DNA of 32,000 nt from Nitrosopumilus sp. (GCA_965197525.1 OZ240211.1:536251-568250); one strand, 5' to 3'. Shown: positions 8,367 to 16,949, numbered from the stretch's first letter. The notes: generated by a model from the sequence alone, not told the origin. Program-made: numbers and translations.

Positions 8367-9281
8367 TTATAATGCCATTTTAAGGATGGTAGCAAGATTA
8401 CGTTCCGCCATAAAACTAGGATCTTGATTTTGAAGATTAATCTTCTTGGATATTCGGCTCATTGCATAAACAGAGATCTGGTAAAACAACGACCATAGAT
8501 AGCTGCTTTGGTTCAAGTTATAAAGTCGTAGTAAGAATGCAAAAAGCCGTTTTTGTCGAGGGTAATGCTCAGAGACATACTCCAAGATATACTCTTTAGA
8601 ATTATCAATCTTGTATTTGAGATGATCAAACACTTCAGTTTGTGATGTGTAGCCTGTTTGTGCGATCTTGATCTTACCTCTTTGCATAGCATGTAATACA
8701 TCATCAATGTTATTCTCAGAGTCGATAACATTTACGCATCTTCCAAGAGTTGACAATACATGCGAATCACTACCTGCAACTTGAATCATGCCATTATCAT
8801 GCGCAAACTGTAAAGCGCGTACATTTGAAAAGATGTCAATATTATTACTGTTAAACACCTCTATCATATCACATTGGTTAGCATTATCACGTAATGCATT
8901 AATTAGACCAAATGGATGTGGCGCAGAAGATACTGCATCCTGATCTCGTATTGCGTCTAGAATCTCCTCAAAAGACAGACAAGGGGCAATAGCATCGTGG
9001 AGTCCATATGCCAAAACATGTTCACCTAAATCAGTAGTAATTTCCTCAGCTGCAAAAACATCCATGTTTTTGAATTTTTCATGTGTGTTTTTATATTCTA
9101 AAAGTTGTTTATACCCGTCAAGAGTGTTATGGTTTGTGACAAAGACTGCATCTAATCCTTGATTGTAAGAATACTCTAATTGATCACGAATAGAGATCGG
9201 GCAGTCGTACTGCGGCTCTTCATCACCAACATGAAAATTTGAAAAAGAGTTATGGCAATGTAACTCAGTATTAATTGGCAT
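8367..9281 (-). CDS. PHP-domain metal-dependent phosphoesterase
   Basis: N-terminal ELHCHNSFSNFHVGD, then FVTNHNT, APHPF and GSDSH. These His/Asp clusters are spaced as in the polymerase-and-histidinol-phosphatase fold. Confidence 0.75.
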   Translation of the reverse strand: MPINTELHCHNSFSNFHVGDEEPQYDCPISIRDQLEYSYNQGLDAVFVTNHNTLDGYKQLLEYKNTHEKFKNMDVFAAEEITTDLGEHVLAYGLHDAIAPCLSFEEILDAIRDQDAVSSAPHPFGLINALRDNANQCDMIEVFNSNNIDIFSNVRALQFAHDNGMIQVAGSDSHVLSTLGRCVNVIDSENNIDDVLHAMQRGKIKIAQTGYTSQTEVFDHLKYKIDNSKEYILEYVSEHYPRQKRLFAFLLRLYNLNQSSYLWSLFYQISVYAMSRISKKINLQNQDPSFMAERNLATILKMAL

Positions 9282-9330
9282 TTATTAATAATATACGCTT
9301 TAAGATTATAACTTTTGTTAATTAAAAAAA

Positions 9331-10967
9331 GGGAATTACATACTTGGATTACATTATACGCCACTTATTTATAATACACCGATTATTAACTGGATGGAAA
9401 AAGAAATAGGAGATTTTATTTATAGAACAGTGATTGTAAAACCAAGGCAGACAAAAGAACTGTCATTGAAGGCACGCAGGATTGCAAACTTTCAGACGTA
9501 TTTTTTCAACATGGACGTAGAGGCAGGACTGGTTGAAAAATATGACAAAATCAAGACAAGCCGTACCATTACTGACATACATCACACCATGCCATGGAGC
9601 AACAAATACCACACCAATGTGGCAACAACTGCGTTCCAACAGGGGCATGATACGGCAGACAAACATTTGAAATCTTGCGCAAAAAAACGTAGGGTACGAA
9701 ACTGGGCAAAAAAGACTGGCGGTAAGAACCACAACTGGCACACATCATTTAAAAATCTCAAACCAAACAAATGGATTGACAGAAACAGTTTGTTCAGAAA
9801 CGCCAAAAATGCAAAACATGCATCCATAACAGTAAACGGTCAGAATCCCTCGCTAAGGATGGGAAAGTGGAAAAAACTGTACATGAACCTGCCCGGTATG
9901 GGCCAGGTGGAGCTGTTGTCGTCTTTGAAGAGTCTTCCAAAGCAACTGGTATGTGAAAGAGACAAAAACAATACCAACAAGTTCTACCAGACCAACATTG
10001 TGTCATACAGGCTTGTAGAGAACACCAAAAAAATCACTGTCAATACAAACGATTCGAACCGCACGTTTGAGATCCATCTGACACTAAAAATACAGAGACC
10101 TAAAAATACGGATCGTGCAGTCGTATGCGGAATAGACATGGGAGTTAGGAAATCCCTGGTAGTTCATGACGGAATAAACACCGATTTTTACAGGACGCCT
10201 TATACCTGTAGGAGAAAAAAAGATGATGTGATCTCAAAACAACAGTCAAAAAGAGACGGTTACAAACTGCATAGTAACAGATGGAAACAAAATGATCGTA
10301 AATTGAAGAAGATGGAAAAAACACTCAGCAACAGAAGAACCGAGCACAATAATTTCCTTGCCAAACAGATTGTGATGAGAACAGGAGTAATAGTCATGGA
10401 AAAACTAAACATTGGCAATATGACTGCAAAAAATGAAAAGTGGAAAAGCGGCCTTAACAGGGAGATTTACGGGGCAGGTATGGGAAGAATGGGAAAGAGA
10501 ATAAAAATGACTGCCGAAAACCATGGAACCAAAACGCTTGAGATTGTTCCACATTACACCAGCATAACGTGTAGTAGGTGCAATATGATCAACTGTGACT
10601 CTAGAACTACAAGGGATGTGTTTCAATGCGTATACTGTGGATTTCTGTGCGATGCAGACGATAACGCAGGCGCAAACATCAGACATTACGGACTTCCGTG
10701 CATACGAAGGCTCCCGCTTGTAGACAGATATGGAAACTACAGGTATGACAGCATGGAAAATATTATTTTAGCTAATAAAAATGGCACATCTAATAGTGTC
10801 AGTGTTATTAGTGGCGGTAGGGATTATCGTCACAAGACAGAAGAATCAAAACATGGCTTACACCATGTTGTTTCTAAAAAAGACGGCAAGAACCAAGCTG
10901 TGAATGATTTGTTGGACTGTCAGAAAAAAACCTTGGTGCAGAAACGTAACCTAGGTATATAATTCCC
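9331..10967 (+). mobile_element. TnpB-only element, family 2, full-length copy, with 13-bp TIR and 8-bp target duplication
   Basis: The left end GGGAATTACATAC (9331..9343) and the right end GTATATAATTCCC (10955..10967) match 12/13 as an inverted repeat. TAAAAAAA occurs immediately outside both ends (9323..9330 and 10968..10975). The boundaries are confirmed by alignment with the second copy at 25908..26293. Confidence 0.85.
9394..10962 (+). CDS. tnpB: TnpB-like RNA-guided endonuclease (RuvC plus zinc ribbon), 522 aa
   Basis: RuvC-I VCGIDMGVRK, RuvC-II VIVMEKLNIGNM, zinc ribbon CSRCN...CVYCG and RuvC-III CDADDNAGANI are all intact. An extension of about 90 aa follows RuvC-III. Confidence 0.9.
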   Translation: MEKEIGDFIYRTVIVKPRQTKELSLKARRIANFQTYFFNMDVEAGLVEKYDKIKTSRTITDIHHTMPWSNKYHTNVATTAFQQGHDTADKHLKSCAKKRRVRNWAKKTGGKNHNWHTSFKNLKPNKWIDRNSLFRNAKNAKHASITVNGQNPSLRMGKWKKLYMNLPGMGQVELLSSLKSLPKQLVCERDKNNTNKFYQTNIVSYRLVENTKKITVNTNDSNRTFEIHLTLKIQRPKNTDRAVVCGIDMGVRKSLVVHDGINTDFYRTPYTCRRKKDDVISKQQSKRDGYKLHSNRWKQNDRKLKKMEKTLSNRRTEHNNFLAKQIVMRTGVIVMEKLNIGNMTAKNEKWKSGLNREIYGAGMGRMGKRIKMTAENHGTKTLEIVPHYTSITCSRCNMINCDSRTTRDVFQCVYCGFLCDADDNAGANIRHYGLPCIRRLPLVDRYGNYRYDSMENIILANKNGTSNSVSVISGGRDYRHKTEESKHGLHHVVSKKDGKNQAVNDLLDCQKKTLVQKRNLGI

Positions 10968-10984
10968 TAAAAAAAAATAATGTA

Positions 10985-11752
10985 TCATCTAAAGAGATCT
11001 TCGTGCTCTGCACGAATCAGGTCGTTGATGCTAGGATGATACAAGTCATGATCAGAATAATCATTGCCAAAATCATTTTTAAATTCAAAGCTGTGATTAC
11101 GAATAATTGCAACTGGGCATCTCAGAGACTTACCCATTACCAACTCTGCTGCAGAAGATAGTTCATCTGCAATAGCGATTGCTGTAACACGCAATACTCT
11201 TTTAAAAGAGTCAATACACCCGGTATAGTCCAAAATCGGACCAAGGCCAGATACGCCAATTGCATGATTAGTTTGACCGTTTCTAAAAGGTCGTCCAAAG
11301 GTATCAGATATTATTACTGCTACATTTTTGTTTGTCTGCTCAAAAATTTGTGTTCTGATTCTATTTGCAGAGTGATCAGAATTTACAGGTAACAGAGTAA
11401 CATATCCTTGTGCAATGTTGCTCTCATCAACACCGGCGTTGGCGCAGATAAACCCATGCTTTGTCTCAACGATCAAGACACCGTTGTACATTCTAACAAT
11501 TCGTTTTGATTCAGATAAAATGAGTTCTACAATTCTGGGATCCTTTTGGTACTGGGAACCAATTCCTTGCGCCAATAATGAAGGAGTGACAGAAGATAGA
11601 TCAATCAGACGACCTTTTTCTTGTTTTGAGATAATCTTTTGAGCAACAACTAAAATGTCTCCATCACGTATTGGTTGAGCTTGGATTATCAAGCTAGAGA
11701 TATCATCAGATGGTGTAATCTCCTTTTCAATGCAGAGTGGGATGATTTCCAA
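10985..11752 (-). CDS. cofE: Coenzyme F420-0:L-glutamate ligase
   Basis: GDILVVAQKIISK and GFICANAGVDESN are characteristic CofE motifs, and the 255-aa size fits. Confidence 0.85.
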   Translation of the reverse strand: MEIIPLCIEKEITPSDDISSLIIQAQPIRDGDILVVAQKIISKQEKGRLIDLSSVTPSLLAQGIGSQYQKDPRIVELILSESKRIVRMYNGVLIVETKHGFICANAGVDESNIAQGYVTLLPVNSDHSANRIRTQIFEQTNKNVAVIISDTFGRPFRNGQTNHAIGVSGLGPILDYTGCIDSFKRVLRVTAIAIADELSSAAELVMGKSLRCPVAIIRNHSFEFKNDFGNDYSDHDLYHPSINDLIRAEHEDLFR

Positions 11753-11785
11753 GTATAATAAATAATAACATATACTAAAAAATTG

Positions 11786-12517
11786 TTACGTAGTGGTTGG
11801 GGTGGTAGTTGTAGCAGTAGCAGTGGCAGGAGAGAGGGTAGTAGACATATCATCAGTAGTATTAGCATCAGTATTAGGCTCAGTATCTAACTTTAGATTA
11901 TAGTGTCTGTTAATAATATGCAATATTTTGGAGAGGTCTTTGACTTCAAGAGTAGCATTAGCAAGATCCTTGACTATATCCTGTGCACGATAGGCAATTC
12001 CCAGACCACAGATATCAAATAGTTTTACATCATTTGCACCGTCAACAACACATACAATATTCTCTTTCTTTTCGCTCCATTCTGCAATCTTTATCTTTGC
12101 AGAAGTTGATTTATTAGAATCAACGAGGATCTTCAAACCGTCTAACTTTCCATCTTTGAAGATTAGTTCGTTGGAATAGACATAGTCAAGATCTAACTCT
12201 TTTTGCAGTCTGTCCATCATTATTGTGAACCCACCAGATATTGCCATGAGTTTCCAACCTGCCGCCTTTAGCACTTTGCATGCCTGTTTTGCACCAGTCA
12301 TAATTGGTAGCGAGTCTGATACATCTTGACAGGTTTTTTTATCAAGACCTTTTAGAGCATTAACTCGGGTTCTGAGTCCATCCTCCCAGTTAATCTTTCC
12401 CTGAATTCCTTGTTTTGTAATCTCCCAAATTTCATCTTCTTTGCTGAGTTTTTCAGCAAGTATGGGAAGGTATTCCTCATCATACAACACACCCTCAACA
12501 TCAAAAATTATTAACAA
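11786..12517 (-). CDS. HAD-superfamily hydrolase, phosphoserine phosphatase (SerB)-like, with a Thr-rich C-terminal tail
   Basis: HAD motif II AISGG and motif IV VDGANDV are present. Motif I reads FDVEGV rather than DxDxT. The tail is TATATTTTPTTT. Confidence 0.6.
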   Translation of the reverse strand: MLIIFDVEGVLYDEEYLPILAEKLSKEDEIWEITKQGIQGKINWEDGLRTRVNALKGLDKKTCQDVSDSLPIMTGAKQACKVLKAAGWKLMAISGGFTIMMDRLQKELDLDYVYSNELIFKDGKLDGLKILVDSNKSTSAKIKIAEWSEKKENIVCVVDGANDVKLFDICGLGIAYRAQDIVKDLANATLEVKDLSKILHIINRHYNLKLDTEPNTDANTTDDMSTTLSPATATATTTTPTTT

Positions 12518-12560
12518 TAGTCCTCGATCTGAAAAAAAATGTTAATTATATTAAAGTTGG

Positions 12561-12950
12561 GGGTTCTGTGAAGTTATAGAGACCTGAAACATGGATGAAT
12601 AAATATCGTTAATTATATCATAATTATGTTGAATCCAACAAACACGAACACGCAATGTCCAGGATGCGGAAAGATATTCCAAGAGGACATGCAATACAGA
12701 CGTAAAATATCGTGTACCAATTGTGGATTGTTCATGAACAGCAACAACATTGTCATGAACACATCTCACAAGCTGTCCCCTAGATTTAGGGATAGTAGAG
12801 GTGACATACATGAAGCACAGACTAACACTTTTGAGTTAGCAATGTCGGAACCCAGTACACAGGTAATCCGAATAGTCGATATGTCAAAGTCAAGTAATAG
12901 GAGAAACACACCTTGGTAAATCAACGGGTACCTATAACTTCACAGAACCG
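12561..12950 (+). mobile_element. MITE-like derivative of the family-1 TnpB element (copy B): both termini plus only the 3-prime third of tnpB
   Basis: A perfect 18-bp inverted repeat GGTTCTGTGAAGTTATAG (12562..12579) / CTATAACTTCACAGAACC (12932..12949) encloses a tnpB C-terminal fragment. The same GGTTCTGTGAAGTTAT terminus lies downstream of copy C at 31228..31243. Confidence 0.7.
12626..12919 (+). pseudogene. tnpB: tnpB 3-prime fragment (zinc ribbon to stop), catalytic motif degenerated
   Basis: It aligns to the C-terminus of copies A and C (QCPGCG...SCTNCGLFM...SPRFRDSRGD...VIRIVDMSKSS). RuvC-III DRDIIAAMNI is replaced by NSNNIVMNT, and the N-terminal two thirds are absent. Confidence 0.8.
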
Positions 12951-12987
12951 GATAAAGCTAAAGCGTATTTTATCTACGACTAGTAGA

Positions 12988-15900
12988 TCAGTTCTCGGCT
13001 GTTGCCCAGAAAGGCTCGTCTAGCAGAGGATCTGGTTCTTGTGGTACAAATTCTCCTCTAAGTGGCGCCTCGCCTAGCATCAAGGATTCCCAGTACTTGA
13101 AGGATGCAGTTCCTACAGCATCGCCAATCTCATCTATTACCTCTACAGATGGCCAGAAATGAACTCCGGACCATACTCGACTAGCGCCACATTCGTAAGC
13201 ATACTCAGTCCAAGTATCAAATTGGAGATGCACATCATTTGCTGGCGTACCAACTTCCCACGCAGATGATCCTGCAGGAAGTAAGCCTTGGTAGGCACCT
13301 ACCATATTACCGTTCGTGTCTACATATTGACCTATCTCATCAGTGCCGCTAAAGAGTCTCCACACTGCAGCATCGACTGCACAGAATGATGCAGTTGCCG
13401 ATGGGTATTCACCATGACCTGCAGTGCCAACATATGAAGTCCATTGACTAGCTGGAACTTGGGTCAGTTCACCTCCTCCTCCTCCAGGTGGCCCCCCACG
13501 GGCAGTTATCAACTCATCACCATACAGGTGTGGGATTGCAGATACAGGACGTACAGCGTCGTAACGATTTTTCTCCTGCCATACTACGATACCCATATCA
13601 TAGTTTGCCATATTAACTAAAAAGTCCCATTGGATAAAATCGACGACATCGTGGTAATTGCTAAGAGCGGGTCGGAACAATCCACCACGGAGTTTATTAT
13701 CAAAGAATTCTACAAGCATCTTTTGTTCATCTGTAATGTTAGCTGCAACTTCGATTACCTCGTCGGCCTGTGCCTTGTAGGCATCTATATTTGCATAGTT
13801 GCTAGCAGTTGGCGGAGGTACCCGGAGATCACGAGGATCAAAGTCAGAGTATGGCTCTACATTTGCATACTGGGGTGTAAGAAACTTTTGTGGAGCAAGT
13901 TCGCCTTGAATGTTTGGTGCATTCAGAGGCTGCCAACGTGTTGGATCAACTAACACATCAACTGTGTTTGTAGGAACGTAACCAGTGGTATCACCAAATG
14001 CAACGCCGTCAGTCTCAAGGCCAAGCTGATTAAAGCCATCGTGTCTGTGGGCATCCAGTACACATTTACCTGCAAAGTTGCCTATTGCTACCGGTGAAGA
14101 TATGCTCTGAGGTACGCTACAATCAAGATCAATACCGCTGTTATCATCTGGGTCAAATCCGTGAACGGTCATCATGGATCGCCAATCGTCTGCACGGCCT
14201 GGTGCAAACTCGAGCATCATTTGGTACACAGCGTGCATGATTGAAGTGTTAGGATTCTCGTTTGTCTCAGACTCTGAGGCAGGCAAACGATCTATACGCG
14301 ACTGTACACCTACTGCGGTCTCGTGGTATGGAGCTACAGCATCAAATGCACCGTTAAGCAACAATGTAACAATACGGAAGATGGGAGGAGGGTCGTTAAA
14401 GTTAGAAGACACATCTTGTTTTATGAAGGGGGCAAGATGCGGAATGAATACACCGTGTAGAGAATTACCGTTTACCATGTCAAATTCATGGTCACGACTC
14501 TCAAATGCTATGGGAGGATCTTCGACTACACCAAAGTCTGCCCATACACGTGTTGGGGCATAGTCAGACATGGTATATGGATCATCGATTACTGTGTCTT
14601 GAGAGTATATCAAGGGTGCAGACGAAATTGATGGGGAGCTAGATGACTGTGCGTCAGGGTGAGATATAAAGGCTGATTGATAGTAACCTGCTCCAAATAT
14701 GTATCCGTCATGCATTACAAGCCAAGAACGCTTCTCTTCTGCATAATCTGAACCAGGTAGTGGGAATAGATAGTCAACCCAAACACCTTCGTTATTTGAA
14801 AGATCCTCAAGAATTTGATCAGGTGGGGTATCAATTGACCCATCAAAGAATATTGAGGTAACACCGACTCTGTCAGGATTTGCTCCGTGTGCTACAATTA
14901 ACGCACTAGATGAATCTACTACAAACGGATAATGTGGATCCAGTGAGGTTTGGGTCAAGAGTTTAAAGGCATCTTTATCTTGTTCATAAAGAGCAATGGC
15001 GTTGTTTACTACACGTTTGACCTTTTCTTCTGCAGGATATGTGTATCCATGTGCAAGAATATATTCACCATAGTCATCTAGCATACCTGCAGCCTGAGCT
15101 GGTTCACCAGTTGCAGGATTAATTATCAACACATATGCCCTGATGGGTTCATCTGTGTTACGAAGTATTTCTGCAAAGTCCATCCAAGGTATTGGCAATG
15201 GTGGAAGGGGACCGCCGACTCTATGAGGTTGCCTAGAATTGGCAACTTCTATGCCGGCAACAGGATCAAAGACTGACGCATACTGTCCTCGATCACTTGC
15301 AGTCGTAATAATCTCAAATGCCTCATCGCCCTTCATATCAAGTAGATCAATAGTATTTTGGATTCCGTCAGCTAATTTTTCGTCTATGGAATAGTAGTAT
15401 CCAGAACCAAAGATATACCCATCATGCATTACAAGCCAAGAACGTTTTAGTTGATCCAAGTTGGTTACGGGATTTACAAAGACATAATCAGCCCAGACAC
15501 CCTCACCAGTCTCTAATTGAGCAATGATCTCATCAGGTGGATTGGTTGCAAACTCACCAATAACTGCAGACTGCATGCCAATTACTCCAGGATTAGAACC
15601 ATGAGATACAATGGTTCTAGTGTCAGGATCCAATACAAATGGATAATGAAGAACAGAGATATCAGATAGGGAATTTATGGTGTCAAAGGCGTTATCAGGG
15701 TCAGATTTGTACATCTCAACGGTTGCTGCTACTACCTGCTGTATATCAGAAGATCCTGCATCTTCAATTGAGATTATCAGATCACTTAACGTTGGGACAC
15801 TCAGATCTATGCCATAGTCAGACAAAGTCTGATACGTTGATTGAGTAATACATACCGGGAGTGGGACGGTATCAGAGTTTCGTATGTACAGATTTGTAGG

Positions 15901-16047
15901 TTCATTACACTGTACGCCATAAACAGAAACACCATCTCTTAGTTGCTGATACGGTGTCTGGTATTCAGCGTGTGCAAAGTCAACAGAATAAACACCAACA
16001 AACATCACTAGTATAATAAATATTGCAGGATGTGCAAATCTTGCCAT
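12988..16047 (-). CDS. Secreted or membrane-anchored 1019-aa protein: Cache-like repeats fused to a PAP2/vanadium-haloperoxidase-like domain
   Basis: The N-terminal hydrophobic leader is MARFAHPAIFIILVMFVGVYSVDFAHA. Repeated units read YPFVLDPDTRTIVSHGSNP...WADYVFVNPVTN...KRSWLVMHDGYIFGSGYY and YPFVVDSSSALIVAHGANP...WVDYLFPLPGS...KRSWLVMHDGYIFGAGYY. The C-terminal region has KNRYDAVRP (KxxxxxxRP), EYPSATAS (in place of PSGH) and SRVWSGVHFWPS (SRxxxxxH). Confidence 0.8.
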   Translation of the reverse strand: MARFAHPAIFIILVMFVGVYSVDFAHAEYQTPYQQLRDGVSVYGVQCNEPTNLYIRNSDTVPLPVCITQSTYQTLSDYGIDLSVPTLSDLIISIEDAGSSDIQQVVAATVEMYKSDPDNAFDTINSLSDISVLHYPFVLDPDTRTIVSHGSNPGVIGMQSAVIGEFATNPPDEIIAQLETGEGVWADYVFVNPVTNLDQLKRSWLVMHDGYIFGSGYYYSIDEKLADGIQNTIDLLDMKGDEAFEIITTASDRGQYASVFDPVAGIEVANSRQPHRVGGPLPPLPIPWMDFAEILRNTDEPIRAYVLIINPATGEPAQAAGMLDDYGEYILAHGYTYPAEEKVKRVVNNAIALYEQDKDAFKLLTQTSLDPHYPFVVDSSSALIVAHGANPDRVGVTSIFFDGSIDTPPDQILEDLSNNEGVWVDYLFPLPGSDYAEEKRSWLVMHDGYIFGAGYYQSAFISHPDAQSSSSPSISSAPLIYSQDTVIDDPYTMSDYAPTRVWADFGVVEDPPIAFESRDHEFDMVNGNSLHGVFIPHLAPFIKQDVSSNFNDPPPIFRIVTLLLNGAFDAVAPYHETAVGVQSRIDRLPASESETNENPNTSIMHAVYQMMLEFAPGRADDWRSMMTVHGFDPDDNSGIDLDCSVPQSISSPVAIGNFAGKCVLDAHRHDGFNQLGLETDGVAFGDTTGYVPTNTVDVLVDPTRWQPLNAPNIQGELAPQKFLTPQYANVEPYSDFDPRDLRVPPPTASNYANIDAYKAQADEVIEVAANITDEQKMLVEFFDNKLRGGLFRPALSNYHDVVDFIQWDFLVNMANYDMGIVVWQEKNRYDAVRPVSAIPHLYGDELITARGGPPGGGGGELTQVPASQWTSYVGTAGHGEYPSATASFCAVDAAVWRLFSGTDEIGQYVDTNGNMVGAYQGLLPAGSSAWEVGTPANDVHLQFDTWTEYAYECGASRVWSGVHFWPSVEVIDEIGDAVGTASFKYWESLMLGEAPLRGEFVPQEPDPLLDEPFWATAEN

Positions 16048-16292
16048 GATAATAGAGTATGGTTTACAGCAGATTAATAAATGAATCGAGGATATAAAGC
16101 GCTGCGCTATTCAATTTTATTTACCAACACAAGTACTAACTAATCTACGTTTGTTCCGATCAGGATAATAACACCAAGCACCATTCTTATCTCAAAGATG
16201 CTGTTTTAACTATAAATCTTGACATGTTCTATTATGGATAGGAACTCTTTTTGGTTGCTCTCCTCTCTATTAAATAAATACCCTATGCCAAC

Positions 16293-16949
16293 TTGCAGAT
16301 ATTATATCAAACAGGAATCGTTAATAATAAATCATGGACAGAACGCCTACAAGATATGGCAGATGAATTAGAGTACAAACATGAGGTCAGCATACAAGAA
16401 AGAGAAGGAGATCATTTGATTCCAAATGAGATCAAAGACGAGTTAAGAACATCAGGAATGATGGATTTAAAAGGAAAATTGAAATTAAAGGGTGTAAGCC
16501 CCAAGATGCTAAAGAAGATGAAGCAAGAATATGTGGACTGTCCGGTGTGGGAAGACGATATTCATTTTATTCACTGTTTTGTTTGTCCAAACTTTCAAAG
16601 CAGGGTAACAGGCAAAGTGCTCTGCAAGGGCGATCCCATAAGTTCGGACATGGATACAGTAGAGCACAAATTCAAAGTAGGAATCAAGATAAGCAAAGAG
16701 AAACAAAAGATCTCAAATAAACTCAAAGAGAGATTGAAGACTCTTGGAATGATTGATGAGGATAAAAAGATACAATTAGAAGGAGTTGATCAAATGATGC
16801 TCAAAGGTATGAAACAAGAATATGTGGATTGTCCGGTGTTAAAAGAGAAAGTTCAACACATAGAATGCTCCATATGCCCAAATTTTCAAGCCAATGTAAT
16901 GGGCAGAGTACTCTGTAAAGGCGAACCAATTTCAGATTTATCATTGTAA
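16293..16949 (+). CDS. Hypothetical protein with two copies of a Cys-rich module
   Basis: The internal duplication is KMKQEYVDCPVWEDDIHFIHCFVCPNFQSRVTGKVLCKGDPIS versus GMKQEYVDCPVLKEKVQHIECSICPNFQANVMGRVLCKGEPIS. The annotated start is TTG and the true start is uncertain. Confidence 0.5.
   Translation: MQILYQTGIVNNKSWTERLQDMADELEYKHEVSIQEREGDHLIPNEIKDELRTSGMMDLKGKLKLKGVSPKMLKKMKQEYVDCPVWEDDIHFIHCFVCPNFQSRVTGKVLCKGDPISSDMDTVEHKFKVGIKISKEKQKISNKLKERLKTLGMIDEDKKIQLEGVDQMMLKGMKQEYVDCPVLKEKVQHIECSICPNFQANVMGRVLCKGEPISDLSL

Noticed and set aside
16048-16292. I scanned the longer intergenic gaps for tRNA or other RNA genes: 16048..16292, 2799..2988, 19541..19732, 21749..22008 and 30089..30201.
   Set aside because: I found no cloverleaf-compatible acceptor and T-arm pairing, no GTTCGAATC-type T-loop, and no C/D-box pairs. 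The gaps look like AT-rich promoter and terminator DNA.
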